Origin: Candidatus Omnitrophota bacterium
Lineage (GTDB): Bacteria > Omnitrophota > Gorgyraeia > Duberdicusellales > 4484-171
Assembly: GCA_018823915.1 (NCBI GenBank)
Contig: JAHJHM010000127.1
Span: forward strand, 1-33,092
Reading direction: 5' to 3'
Length of the DNA stretch: 33,092 bases
Of the stretch, positions 16,922-24,816 are shown in pieces. Each line of letters starts with the position of its first letter. Within the stretch, counting starts at the first letter, position 1. The position numbers and the translations under genes were made by a program. The notes under the pieces are model-generated. The model did not search any database, was not told the DNA's origin, and was given only the letters and a program-made list of their open reading frames with translations.

Positions 16922-19581
16922 TGAAGACAGATGATTTAAGAAAGACTTTTTTAGAGTTTTTTAAAAGCAAAGGCCACAAAATTTATCCTTCGGATAGTTT
17001 AGTCCCTGATGACCCCACCATTTTTTTTACTTGCGCAGGGATGAATCAGTTTAAACCTTATTTTTTGGGAGAAAGAAAGGATTGTCAACGCGCGGCCTCG
17101 GTTCAGAAGTGTTTGCGCACGGACGATCTCTTAAAAGTAGGCAAAACCGCTTATCACCATACTTTTTTTGAAGTGTTAGGCAATTTTTCTTTTGGTGACT
17201 ACTTTAAAAAAGAAGCAATAGAATTTGCATGGGGATTTCTCACTCAACATTTGAACATAAAACAAGAGGATTTGTGGATTTCTGTTTACAAGCTGGATGA
17301 GCAAGCTTACCGAATCTGGAAAGATTATATCGGTGTTTCCCAAGATAGAATAGTTAAGTTGGCAGAAGCAAGTAATTTTTGGCCGGCTAATGCTCCTGCC
17401 CTTGGACCTAACGGCCCTTGCGGCCCGTGTTCAGAAATTTTCTTTGATAAGGGAGAAATTAGCGGGTGCGGAAGAGGAGAATGTAATCCTGCTTGTGACT
17501 GCGGGAGGTTTGTGGAAGTTTGGAATTTAGTTTTTACTCAGTTTAATCGTGTAGGGGAAAACAAATTGGAACCTCTTCCTCAGAGGAATATTGATACTGG
17601 AATGGGGATAGAGAGGATGGCTTCTGTTTTGCAGGGCAAAAACACTAATTTTGAAATCGATATTTTATCTCCCGCGGTAGAGTTTGTAAAAGAATTACTA
17701 CGAACTACGAACTACCCTCCGATTGCGCTCAGGGCAGGCGAACTACGAACTACGAATTCAATAAATGCTATTACCGATCATACGCGGGCAGCAACTTTTG
17801 CCATTGCTGATGGAGTGTATCCAACAAATGAGGAAAGAGGTTATGTGGTAAGAAAAATTATCAGAAAAGCTGTATGGAAAGGGCATCTTCTGGGAAGGCG
17901 TAAGGCTTTTCTTTATGAATTAGTCAGTTGCTTTGCCGAGTTGATGAAGGAGCCTTACCCGGAAATTAATGAAAAGAAAGAAGTCATTAGCAGGGTAATT
18001 CGCGTGGAAGAAGAAAGATTTCTTCTCACTTTAGAAAACGTAAAACAGCAGTTCTCAGTAATTATTGACGGTTTAAAAAAAGAAAATAAGGATATAGTGG
18101 GAGCTCCTGAGTTATTCCAGTTCCATGATACTTATGGGTTTCCCTTAGAGTTAAGTAGAGAGATTGCATGGGCTCACAACATGAAAATAGACGCCCAGGG
18201 GTTTGAGGTATTATTAAAAGATCAGCAGGAGCGTTCCCGTAAGAGGAGCAGTTTTGTGGATAGTGTTTTTTTAAAAGATTCTCCAGGTATTAAAATTCTT
18301 AAAGAGAATAAAACAAAATTTGTGGGATACGATTGCACAATTCACCAAGCCCTCGTTCTATTAATCAGAAAGGGCGAAAAGGATGTTGAGGTTCTTGCCG
18401 AAGGCGAGGGAGGCTTAATTATTTTGAAGGAAACACCTTTTTATCCTGAAAGCGGCGGGCAATTATCTGATAGAGGGATCATTAAAACCCAAAGAGGAGA
18501 GTTTTTGGTTGATGAAGTGTTTAGGTTGGCAGATGCTATCATTCATAAAGGAAGAATGATAAATGGGAAAATCCAAAGTGGCGAAATTGTTAACGCAATG
18601 GTAGAGGTAAAAAGAAGAAGAGCGATATCTCGCGCGCACACTGCTGCTCATCTTCTCCAGGCGGCATTAAGGGTAACATTGGGCGCCCATGTTGCCCAAC
18701 AGGGTTCGTTGGTTGACGATGATAGGCTGCGTTTTGATTTTACGCATTTTGAAGGTATTAGAAAAATTAACTTAAAAGAAATCGAGCAGTTAGTAAATAA
18801 GTATATATTAAGAGGGAGTAAGGTTGAAAAATATATTATGTCCCAAGAGGAAGCAAGAAAGCAGGGGGCTTTAGCTTTTTTTAAAGATAAATATGCCGAA
18901 TATGTAAGAGTCGTTTCTATATCTAATCTCAGTAAGGAACTGTGCGCGGGAACGCATCTTGAGAATACTTCCGGGATTGGGCTTTTCTCCATTATTTCCG
19001 AATCTTCGATAAGCAGCGGGATAAGAAGGATAGAGGCAGTAGTGGGTGAGAAAGCATACAGTCATTTCCAAATTTTAGAAACAAACATAAAAGATGTTGC
19101 GGATGTGTTGAACTGCAATCCCCAGGATTTACCAAATTTTACAAAGAAACTTAAAGAAGAACTTAAAAAAGAAAAAGAGAAGGTGGAAGTATTAAATAAA
19201 GAGATTCTAACATTCTCGATAAAGGATATTGTTAAAAATAAAAAAACCGTAGAGGGAGTAAATGTGTTAGTGTATGAGTTACCAGGAGCTAGCAAAGAAA
19301 GCCTCCTGTGCCTTTATGATTTATCGCGCAAACAAATTAGCTCTTTGTTTGTTTTTTTCTATAGCTTGCTTTCCAAAAAGAGCATTTTTGTTTGCGCGAT
19401 GAGTGATGATATCGTGGATAAAGGTTTTAGCTGCAAGAAATTTATTTCTCTTTTCGAGAAAGAATTATTTTTAAAAGGCGGCGGCAGAGATAGCTTAGTT
19501 CAGGGTATTATAGAAAAAAAACAGGAAAATTTTAGAGAAAAGGTTGAAAAGAATCTTGTCGGATTCTTAAATAGGCAGTAG
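16921..19581 (+). CDS. alaS: Alanine--tRNA ligase
   Basis: 886 aa. FTCAGMNQFKP, GPCGPCSEIF, editing-domain HTAAHLL and CAGTH motifs, C-terminal DHHA1 domain (GGGR). Carries an in-frame repeat insertion at 17698-17756. Confidence 0.97.
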   Translation: MKTDDLRKTFLEFFKSKGHKIYPSDSLVPDDPTIFFTCAGMNQFKPYFLGERKDCQRAASVQKCLRTDDLLKVGKTAYHHTFFEVLGNFSFGDYFKKEAIEFAWGFLTQHLNIKQEDLWISVYKLDEQAYRIWKDYIGVSQDRIVKLAEASNFWPANAPALGPNGPCGPCSEIFFDKGEISGCGRGECNPACDCGRFVEVWNLVFTQFNRVGENKLEPLPQRNIDTGMGIERMASVLQGKNTNFEIDILSPAVEFVKELLRTTNYPPIALRAGELRTTNSINAITDHTRAATFAIADGVYPTNEERGYVVRKIIRKAVWKGHLLGRRKAFLYELVSCFAELMKEPYPEINEKKEVISRVIRVEEERFLLTLENVKQQFSVIIDGLKKENKDIVGAPELFQFHDTYGFPLELSREIAWAHNMKIDAQGFEVLLKDQQERSRKRSSFVDSVFLKDSPGIKILKENKTKFVGYDCTIHQALVLLIRKGEKDVEVLAEGEGGLIILKETPFYPESGGQLSDRGIIKTQRGEFLVDEVFRLADAIIHKGRMINGKIQSGEIVNAMVEVKRRRAISRAHTAAHLLQAALRVTLGAHVAQQGSLVDDDRLRFDFTHFEGIRKINLKEIEQLVNKYILRGSKVEKYIMSQEEARKQGALAFFKDKYAEYVRVVSISNLSKELCAGTHLENTSGIGLFSIISESSISSGIRRIEAVVGEKAYSHFQILETNIKDVADVLNCNPQDLPNFTKKLKEELKKEKEKVEVLNKEILTFSIKDIVKNKKTVEGVNVLVYELPGASKESLLCLYDLSRKQISSLFVFFYSLLSKKSIFVCAMSDDIVDKGFSCKKFISLFEKELFLKGGGRDSLVQGIIEKKQENFREKVEKNLVGFLNRQ
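17698..17756 (+). mobile_element. In-frame 45-nt insertion in alaS: GC-rich core flanked by a 14-nt direct repeat made of CTACGAA heptamers
   Basis: CTACGAACTACGAA occurs at 17698-17711 and 17743-17756, an offset of 45 nt (15 codons). The protein reads LRTTN-YPPIALRAGE-LRTTN. Core GATTGCGCTCAGGGCAG (17721-17737) matches 20930-20946 at 14 of 17 positions. Confidence 0.6.
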
Positions 19582-19601
19582 GGACAAGGCATGCCTTGTC
19601 C
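19582..19601 (+). terminator. Perfect 20-nt palindrome after alaS followed by a T-rich tract
   Basis: GGACAAGGCA/TGCCTTGTCC starts directly after the alaS stop, then CTCTAAATTTATT. Likely an intrinsic terminator or attenuating hairpin. Confidence 0.6.
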
Positions 19602-19628
19602 TCTAAATTTATTGAGGTATTTAATCTA

Positions 19629-20843
19629 ATGAGAGTAGTAAGAAATTTAGATAGTCTGGAAAAGCTAATTTTAAAAAAGAGAGCAAAGAAAAATAAGATA
19701 AATGAACGGGTAAATAAAATCATAAAAAATGTTAAAGAAAGAGGAGATGATGCTTTAGGAGAGTATACAAGAAAATTTGATAAAGTTAAAATTTCTCCCA
19801 ATGAGCTAAGGGTGAGTGAGGTAGAGATAAGCGCGGCCTTTAACGCGTTAGATTCTTCTTTAATTTCTTCTTTCAAGTTCGCTATAGATAATGTAACTAA
19901 GTTTTATAAAGAGCAATTGCCTAAGACGCAAAGGCTTAAAGAGGCAAATGGCAAGGTTCTCATTACCCGCTATATTCCTTTGGAAAGAATAGGGATATAT
20001 ATTCCCGCCGGTACTGCTCCCTTAATTTCTACAGTTTATATGTCTGTTATTCCCGCGCGGGTTGCAGGAGTAAAAGACATAGTTTTAACCTCACCCGCCG
20101 CTTTAGATAAAAGCATAAACCCTTTTATTCTTGCTGTTGCATCTTTGCTTAAGATAAAAGAGATTTATCGCGTAGGAGGAGCTCAGGCAATCGCCGCTTT
20201 AGCTTATGGAACGAAGACAATCAGAAAGGTAGATAAAATTATCGGCCCAGGAAATGAATTTGTTACAGAGGCAAAACGACAAGTTTTTGGAGAAGTGGGC
20301 ATTGATATGCTTGCCGGGCCATCAGAGGTAGTAATCCTTGCTTCTAAGGACGCGAATCTAGATTATCTTACTGCTGACTTAGACGCTCAAATGGAACATT
20401 CCGGCGGCGTAGGCATTGTGGTTACTAATTCCCGTAAGATAATAAGAGAGTTAAGAAAGAAGAGGATTGGAGGGTTTATTTTGCGAGTGAGAAATTTAGA
20501 TGGTGCTGCTGCGGCAGTGAATAGAATTTCTCCCGAGCACTTGGAAATTCTTACCAAGAAACCTTCTTTGGTTTTAAAAAAGATTAAGAACGCGGGGGCA
20601 ATCTTTTTAGGAGAGAATACCCCTGTAGCTTTAGGAGATTATACTGCCGGCCCCAGCCATATTTTGCCTACTTCCGGTACGGCTCGTTTTTTCTCTTCTC
20701 TTTCTGTGAGAGAGTTTCTTAAAGAGGTTCATATTATAAGTTATACTAAAAAGGCATTGCAGGAGGAAATAGGAGCTTTAGAGAAAATCGCCTCCTTAGA
20801 GGGAATGAATAAGCATATAGAGAGTGTTAGGAAGAGGCTATGA
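19629..20843 (+). CDS. hisD: Histidinol dehydrogenase
   Basis: Family-typical IYIPAGTAPLISTVYMSVIPARVAGV and QMEH motifs. ATG 19629 is preferred. The track start 19596 is a TTG inside the alaS terminator palindrome. Confidence 0.92.
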   Translation: MRVVRNLDSLEKLILKKRAKKNKINERVNKIIKNVKERGDDALGEYTRKFDKVKISPNELRVSEVEISAAFNALDSSLISSFKFAIDNVTKFYKEQLPKTQRLKEANGKVLITRYIPLERIGIYIPAGTAPLISTVYMSVIPARVAGVKDIVLTSPAALDKSINPFILAVASLLKIKEIYRVGGAQAIAALAYGTKTIRKVDKIIGPGNEFVTEAKRQVFGEVGIDMLAGPSEVVILASKDANLDYLTADLDAQMEHSGGVGIVVTNSRKIIRELRKKRIGGFILRVRNLDGAAAAVNRISPEHLEILTKKPSLVLKKIKNAGAIFLGENTPVALGDYTAGPSHILPTSGTARFFSSLSVREFLKEVHIISYTKKALQEEIGALEKIASLEGMNKHIESVRKRL

Positions 20844-20882
20844 CTGGAGTTTTCCTATTTTTTTCTGACCGGAAAACTCCAG
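20844..20882 (+). other. 12-bp perfect hairpin directly after the hisD stop
   Basis: CTGGAGTTTTCC (20844-20855) and GGAAAACTCCAG (20871-20882) with a 15-nt T-rich loop. No downstream U tract. Confidence 0.7.
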
Positions 20883-20886
20883 AGTT

Positions 20887-20982
20887 CAAAATGCAAAATG
20901 AAAAATGCAAAAGTTTAAATCAACCATTTGATTACACTCAGGGTAGATGGCGAGCGAAGTCGAACCATCAAAATTCAAAAGT
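20887..20982 (+). repeat. Composite element: CAAAATG-family heptamers (x4), a 54-nt GC-richer core, then CAAAATT CAAAAGT heptamers
   Basis: Heptamers at 20887-20914 and 20969-20982. The core contains GATTACACTCAGGGTAG (20930-20946) and a GATGG-CGA-GCGAAG-TCG-AA-CCATC hairpin (20946-20969). Confidence 0.75.
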
Positions 20983-21017
20983 CTTAATATTTTCAAAGGA
21001 TAAAAAAGAGGGGGGAT

Positions 21018-21608
21018 ATGAGAAAAGCAAGAATAAGACGAAAAACTAAAGAAGTGGATATAACTGTGGAATTGAATCTTGATGGTGAGGGGAAACACAG
21101 GATAGATACAGGGGTAGATTTCCTAAACCACATGCTTTCTTTATTTGGTAAGCATGGAATTTTTGATTTGAAAATAAAAGCTAGGGGTGATTTAGGCGTG
21201 GACATCCATCATGTCAACGAGGATTTAGGGATTGCTTTAGGATGTACTTTTTTAAAGTCTTTAGGCAATAAAGAAAAAATATCCCGTTTTGGATTTAGTT
21301 TTGTTTGTATGGACGAAGCCTTGATTAGGTGCGTTTTAGATATTAGCGGAAGGCCTTATCTTAAAGTAAGGCCTGATAAATTAAAAATTATTGATGATAG
21401 AAACTATACTTTTTCCCATTTCAAACAATTCCTAAGAGCATTTGTAGATCATTCCGGAATAAGTGTTCATTTGGATATTTCCGAAGGTGAGGATTACCAC
21501 CATATTATAGAGGCTTGCTTTAAGGCTTTAAGCATAGCCCTATGTGCGGCAGTGAGAATAGAAAAAAGGAAAAAAGGGGTACCTACAACTAAAGGAAAGA
21601 TTGATTAA
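21018..21608 (+). CDS. hisB: Imidazoleglycerol-phosphate dehydratase
   Basis: IDTGVDFLNHML and DYHHIIEACFKAL (D-x-HH-x2-E) motifs. G-rich SD GAGGGGGG lies upstream. Confidence 0.94.
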   Translation: MRKARIRRKTKEVDITVELNLDGEGKHRIDTGVDFLNHMLSLFGKHGIFDLKIKARGDLGVDIHHVNEDLGIALGCTFLKSLGNKEKISRFGFSFVCMDEALIRCVLDISGRPYLKVRPDKLKIIDDRNYTFSHFKQFLRAFVDHSGISVHLDISEGEDYHHIIEACFKALSIALCAAVRIEKRKKGVPTTKGKID

Positions 21609-21618
21609 AGACGAAAGG

Positions 21619-21656
21619 TAGTTTATAGCTATAAACCATACACCATAAACTATAAA
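21619..21656. repeat. Palindrome GTTTATAGCTATAAAC plus heptamer array CTATAAA CCATACA CCATAAA CTATAAA (reverse complement of the GTTTATG family)
   Basis: 7-nt period from 21629 to 21656. This is the reverse complement of the units seen at 9681-9715 and 25364-25398. Confidence 0.85.
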
Positions 21657-21673
21657 CTTTTAGAAATAACAGT

Positions 21674-22438
21674 ATGATAATTATTCCCGCTATTGATTTG
21701 TGGAAAGGAAATGTGGTTCGTTTTATGCGGGGAAGCCCGGATTTCTCTAAGGTTTATAGTGCGAACCCTATAGAAATAGCAAGAAAATGGGCCAAAGAAG
21801 GAGCGAGGCTTCTTCATCTTGTCGATCTTTCTGCGGCTTTAAGTGAAGGAGACAATGTAGAAATTATTAGAGAGATTTTAAAAGAAGTGAACATAGACGT
21901 AGAAATAGGAGGAGGGATAAGAGATTTAAGGCGCGCGGAAGAGTTAATTCAGATGGGAGCTAAACGTTTGATAATAGGGACAAAAGGATTAGATGAGAGA
22001 TTCCTTGAAGATTTGATGCTTTCTTTAGGCAGAGATAGAGTAGCGGTTAGTGCGGATGTCATTGACGCGTTTGTGGCCGTAGAAGGGTGGCAGAGAAAAA
22101 CAGAGCTTAGAGGGTTAGATTTTATAAAATACCTTCAGGATAAAGGGGTAAAGTGGGTAATTTATACTGACATTTCTCGCGATGGGACATTGCAGGGAGT
22201 AAATTTGGAAGCGATAAAGAAACTTGCCATATTTGAAAAAATAAACCCCGCCCTTTGTTCGAAAGAACGAAGCTTTACAAGGGGCGGGATAAATCTTATA
22301 GTTTCAGGAGGAGTGTCTTGCCTGGAGGATATTAAAAACATAAAAAAAGAAGCACCTTTTGTTTGGGGAATAATTGCCGGAAAAGCTTTGTATGAAGAAA
22401 GAGTCAATCTACCTCAGGCAATTTCCCTGCTTGATTAA
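21674..22438 (+). CDS. hisA: Phosphoribosylformimino-5-aminoimidazole carboxamide ribotide isomerase (HisA)
   Basis: IIPAIDLWKGNVVR start, IGGGIRD, DISRDGTLQG, SGGVS motifs. Contains a 16-codon in-frame insertion at 22241-22293. Confidence 0.92.
   Translation: MIIIPAIDLWKGNVVRFMRGSPDFSKVYSANPIEIARKWAKEGARLLHLVDLSAALSEGDNVEIIREILKEVNIDVEIGGGIRDLRRAEELIQMGAKRLIIGTKGLDERFLEDLMLSLGRDRVAVSADVIDAFVAVEGWQRKTELRGLDFIKYLQDKGVKWVIYTDISRDGTLQGVNLEAIKKLAIFEKINPALCSKERSFTRGGINLIVSGGVSCLEDIKNIKKEAPFVWGIIAGKALYEERVNLPQAISLLD
22241..22293 (+). mobile_element. In-frame 48-nt insertion in hisA: 43-nt GC-rich palindromic element bounded by 5-nt direct repeat ATAAA
   Basis: ATAAA at 22241-22245 and 22289-22293. 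Arms CCCGCCCTTTG (22247-22257) and CAAGGGGCGGG (22278-22288) form an 11-bp stem with one G-U. Removing 48 nt restores EKINLIVSGG, which matches the spacing I recall for Thermotoga HisA. Confidence 0.65.
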
Positions 22439-22519
22439 AGGGGACAGACGATTAAAGGGGACAGACACTTTTTTATTGAATAAAAAAGTGTCTGTCCCCT
22501 TTAATCCCCCCTTTAATCC
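22433..22519. repeat. Tandem 17-mer (GATTAAAGGGGACAGAC x2) forming a 26-bp perfect palindrome, extendable to 37 bp; possible bidirectional terminator between hisA and rnfC
   Basis: Arms 22450-22475 and 22481-22506 are perfectly complementary, with loop TTGAA. An outer 11-bp pairing joins 22433-22443 with 22508-22518. The first unit contains the hisA stop codon. Confidence 0.85.
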
Positions 22520-22525
22520 AAGATA

Positions 22526-23812
22526 ATGATCAAGATAGAAGAACATAAACAGCCTCAAGTTGGCTTGGCAACAGAGGGGTTTCTTAATCCTAAGAAACTA
22601 TATCTTCCTTTGTCTCAACACACAGGAAGGCCGTCTTTGCCTTGCGTAAACATAGCCGATATAGTAGAAGAAGCAGACCTGCTTGCCAAAGAAGATGGGT
22701 TCATTTCAGCAAGGCTTCATTCGCCTAAAAGAGGAAAGATTTTAAATATAACAGAAGGGTGTCATCCTAGTTTAAAAAGGGCAAAATGTATTATCCTGGA
22801 GTGCCAGGCGCAAGAAAAAGAATATTCTTATAGGAAGAATGTAGAAAGTTTGGACAAAGAAGAATTGCGGGAAATTATCAAAAATAGCGGCATCGTGGGT
22901 TTAGGAGGCGCGGCTTTCCCTACTCATGTAAAGTTAAACCCGCCTAAAAAAATTAATACTTTGATTATTAATGGCTGCGAGTGTGAACCTTATTTGGCTT
23001 GTGATTATCGCTTAATGATAGAGAATCTAAGAGAGATATTCAAGGGGATAGAGATAATTTGTAAAATCATCGAACCGGATGAAGTAATTTTTGCCCTAGA
23101 AGATAATAAAACCGAAGTAGTCAAAAAATTAAATCTTTTAATAAGCACTAAACGAGTTAATTTGCCTAAAACCAAATCAGCTATTTTAAAAACTGCTTAT
23201 CCGCAAGGCGCGGAAAAACAACTGATCTATTCTGTTACCAGGCGAAAAGTCCCTTCGGGGAGACTTCCTTTTGATGTTGGGTGTTTGGTTTGTAATGTCG
23301 CCACAGCTTTCGCAGTTTATGAGGCAGTTTATCTAAATAAGCCGTTAATCGAACGATTAGTAAGTTTTGCTGGAGACGCGATAGCAACTCCAAAAAACAT
23401 ACGGGTAAAGATAGGAACAACCTTGAAAGAACTTTTTGATGCGGGGTATCTAAAATTTAAGCATGAACCAAGAAAGATTATCTGTGGCGGTCCGATGATG
23501 GGAGTAGCTTTAGATGGTTTGGATTATCCTATTTTAAAAGGTACTGGTGGATTTTTGTTTTTAAGCAAGAATTTAGATATTGCAGAAGAAGACCCTTGTA
23601 TTAAATGCGCAAGATGCGTAGATTCTTGTCCGATGAATCTCCTGCCTTTGGAGCTAGCCAGGAGAATAAAAAAGGAAGAATTTGCTGCCTTAGATGATTT
23701 TAGCATTGCCGATTGTATTGAGTGCGGCTGCTGTAACTATGTTTGTCCGGCAAAGATACCTCTAGTGCATTATATAAAAGTAGGGAAGAAATATACTTCG
23801 AGGAAGGATTAA
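22526..23812 (+). CDS. rnfC: Rnf electron-transport complex subunit C
   Basis: GLGGAAFPTHVKL NADH/FMN-site motif. Two 4Fe-4S motifs, CIKCARCVDSCP and CIECGCCNYVCP. Confidence 0.93.
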   Translation: MIKIEEHKQPQVGLATEGFLNPKKLYLPLSQHTGRPSLPCVNIADIVEEADLLAKEDGFISARLHSPKRGKILNITEGCHPSLKRAKCIILECQAQEKEYSYRKNVESLDKEELREIIKNSGIVGLGGAAFPTHVKLNPPKKINTLIINGCECEPYLACDYRLMIENLREIFKGIEIICKIIEPDEVIFALEDNKTEVVKKLNLLISTKRVNLPKTKSAILKTAYPQGAEKQLIYSVTRRKVPSGRLPFDVGCLVCNVATAFAVYEAVYLNKPLIERLVSFAGDAIATPKNIRVKIGTTLKELFDAGYLKFKHEPRKIICGGPMMGVALDGLDYPILKGTGGFLFLSKNLDIAEEDPCIKCARCVDSCPMNLLPLELARRIKKEEFAALDDFSIADCIECGCCNYVCPAKIPLVHYIKVGKKYTSRKD

Positions 23813-23883
23813 GGATTCAGCATCCAGTATTCAGTGCTTAGCGCTGAGTAAAAAATCATAAGTCATAACGCATAACTGCTAGT
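23808..23883. repeat. Spacer built almost wholly of heptamers: 10 full consecutive units plus a terminal 6-nt unit GCTAGT (ATTAAGG ATTCAGC ATCCAGT ATTCAGT GCTTAGC GCTGAGT AAAAAAT CATAAGT CATAACG CATAACT GCTAGT)
   Basis: The 7-nt register is unbroken from the rnfC stop codon (23810-23812) to the rnfD ATG (23884). Confidence 0.8.
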
Positions 23884-24816
23884 ATGAAATTAATAATAAG
23901 CAACTCGCCTCATTTAAGATCAACGATAAATACTTCTTGGGTAATGCGTCAGGTTATTTTTGCGCTGCTTCCTGCTGTTATTGCATCGGTAATTCTTTTT
24001 AAGTATAGGGCGATATTCCTTATTCTAAATTGCGTATTAACCGCGGTAGCTACTGAAAGTATAATTTTAAGAATAAGAAAACGGCCCTCGGCAATTAAAG
24101 ATTTTAGTGCTGCCTTAACTGGTTTGCTTCTAGCTTTGATTTTGCCTCCTTCAACCGCTTGGTATGCTGCTAGTTTAGGTTCTATATTCGCTATTTTAGT
24201 AGGCAAGCAGATTTTTGGCGGTTTGGGCTCAAATATATTTAATCCTGCCTTAATAGCAAGAGCATTCCTTGCGGCAGCATATCCTAAGATGCTCACTACG
24301 TTTATTAAGCCCTATTCTTTAGATGCTGTGACTGCCGCTACTCCTCTTGCTTTAAGGAAATTTAGCGCCCATTTAAGCTCATCTCCCACGATAGATTTAT
24401 TCTGGGGTAATACAGCAGGAAGCTTAGGAGAAACATCAGCAATTTGTTTGATTGTAGGAGGGGTATATCTTCTGGCAAGAAAAATCGCTGATTGGCGCAT
24501 CCCTTTGAGCTTATTATGCGCCACATTAATCATTTCCTCAATTTTTTATTTCGCTAATCATTCAAATGGTTCATTTTTGTTTCATCTATTTAGCGGAGGG
24601 TTACTTTTAGGTGCTTTTTTTATGGCAACCGACCCTGTAACTACTCCGATGACTAAAAAAGGAAGATATGTCTTTGGAGTGGGTTGCGCAATTCTAATAA
24701 TGATTACAAGATATTTTAGCGGGCTTCCTGAGGGAGTTATGTATGCAATTCTTTTTATGAATGCGGCTACTCCCTTGATAAATAGGCTTACTAGGCCGAG
24801 GAGATTTGGAGAGTGA
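23884..24816 (+). CDS. rnfD: Rnf complex subunit D
   Basis: SNSPHL start region, multi-pass membrane protein, FFMATDPVT (FMN-attachment Thr region). Confidence 0.93.
   Translation: MKLIISNSPHLRSTINTSWVMRQVIFALLPAVIASVILFKYRAIFLILNCVLTAVATESIILRIRKRPSAIKDFSAALTGLLLALILPPSTAWYAASLGSIFAILVGKQIFGGLGSNIFNPALIARAFLAAAYPKMLTTFIKPYSLDAVTAATPLALRKFSAHLSSSPTIDLFWGNTAGSLGETSAICLIVGGVYLLARKIADWRIPLSLLCATLIISSIFYFANHSNGSFLFHLFSGGLLLGAFFMATDPVTTPMTKKGRYVFGVGCAILIMITRYFSGLPEGVMYAILFMNAATPLINRLTRPRRFGE

Noticed and set aside
20930-20970. tRNA-like fragment (GTCGAACC / GGTTCGAC resembles a T-arm)
   Set aside because: I could not build a T-stem, an acceptor stem or an anticodon arm around it on either strand. 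Only the TTCGA-like pentamer is similar.
20840-21049. 69-aa ORF overlapping the hisD stop (ATGA) and the hisB start
   Set aside because: Its sequence consists of the 12-bp hairpin, the CAAAATG heptamer array and the core repeat. The composition is low-complexity and Lys-rich, no SD is present, and it overlaps hisB by 32 nt. It is most likely an artefact of an open frame through repeats.
22477-22505. Candidate promoter TTGAAT-17 nt-TTTAAT for rnfC inside the right arm of the large palindrome
   Set aside because: The spacing is right, but both hexamers are weak matches in AT-rich palindromic sequence where such matches arise by chance. This is not enough to call.
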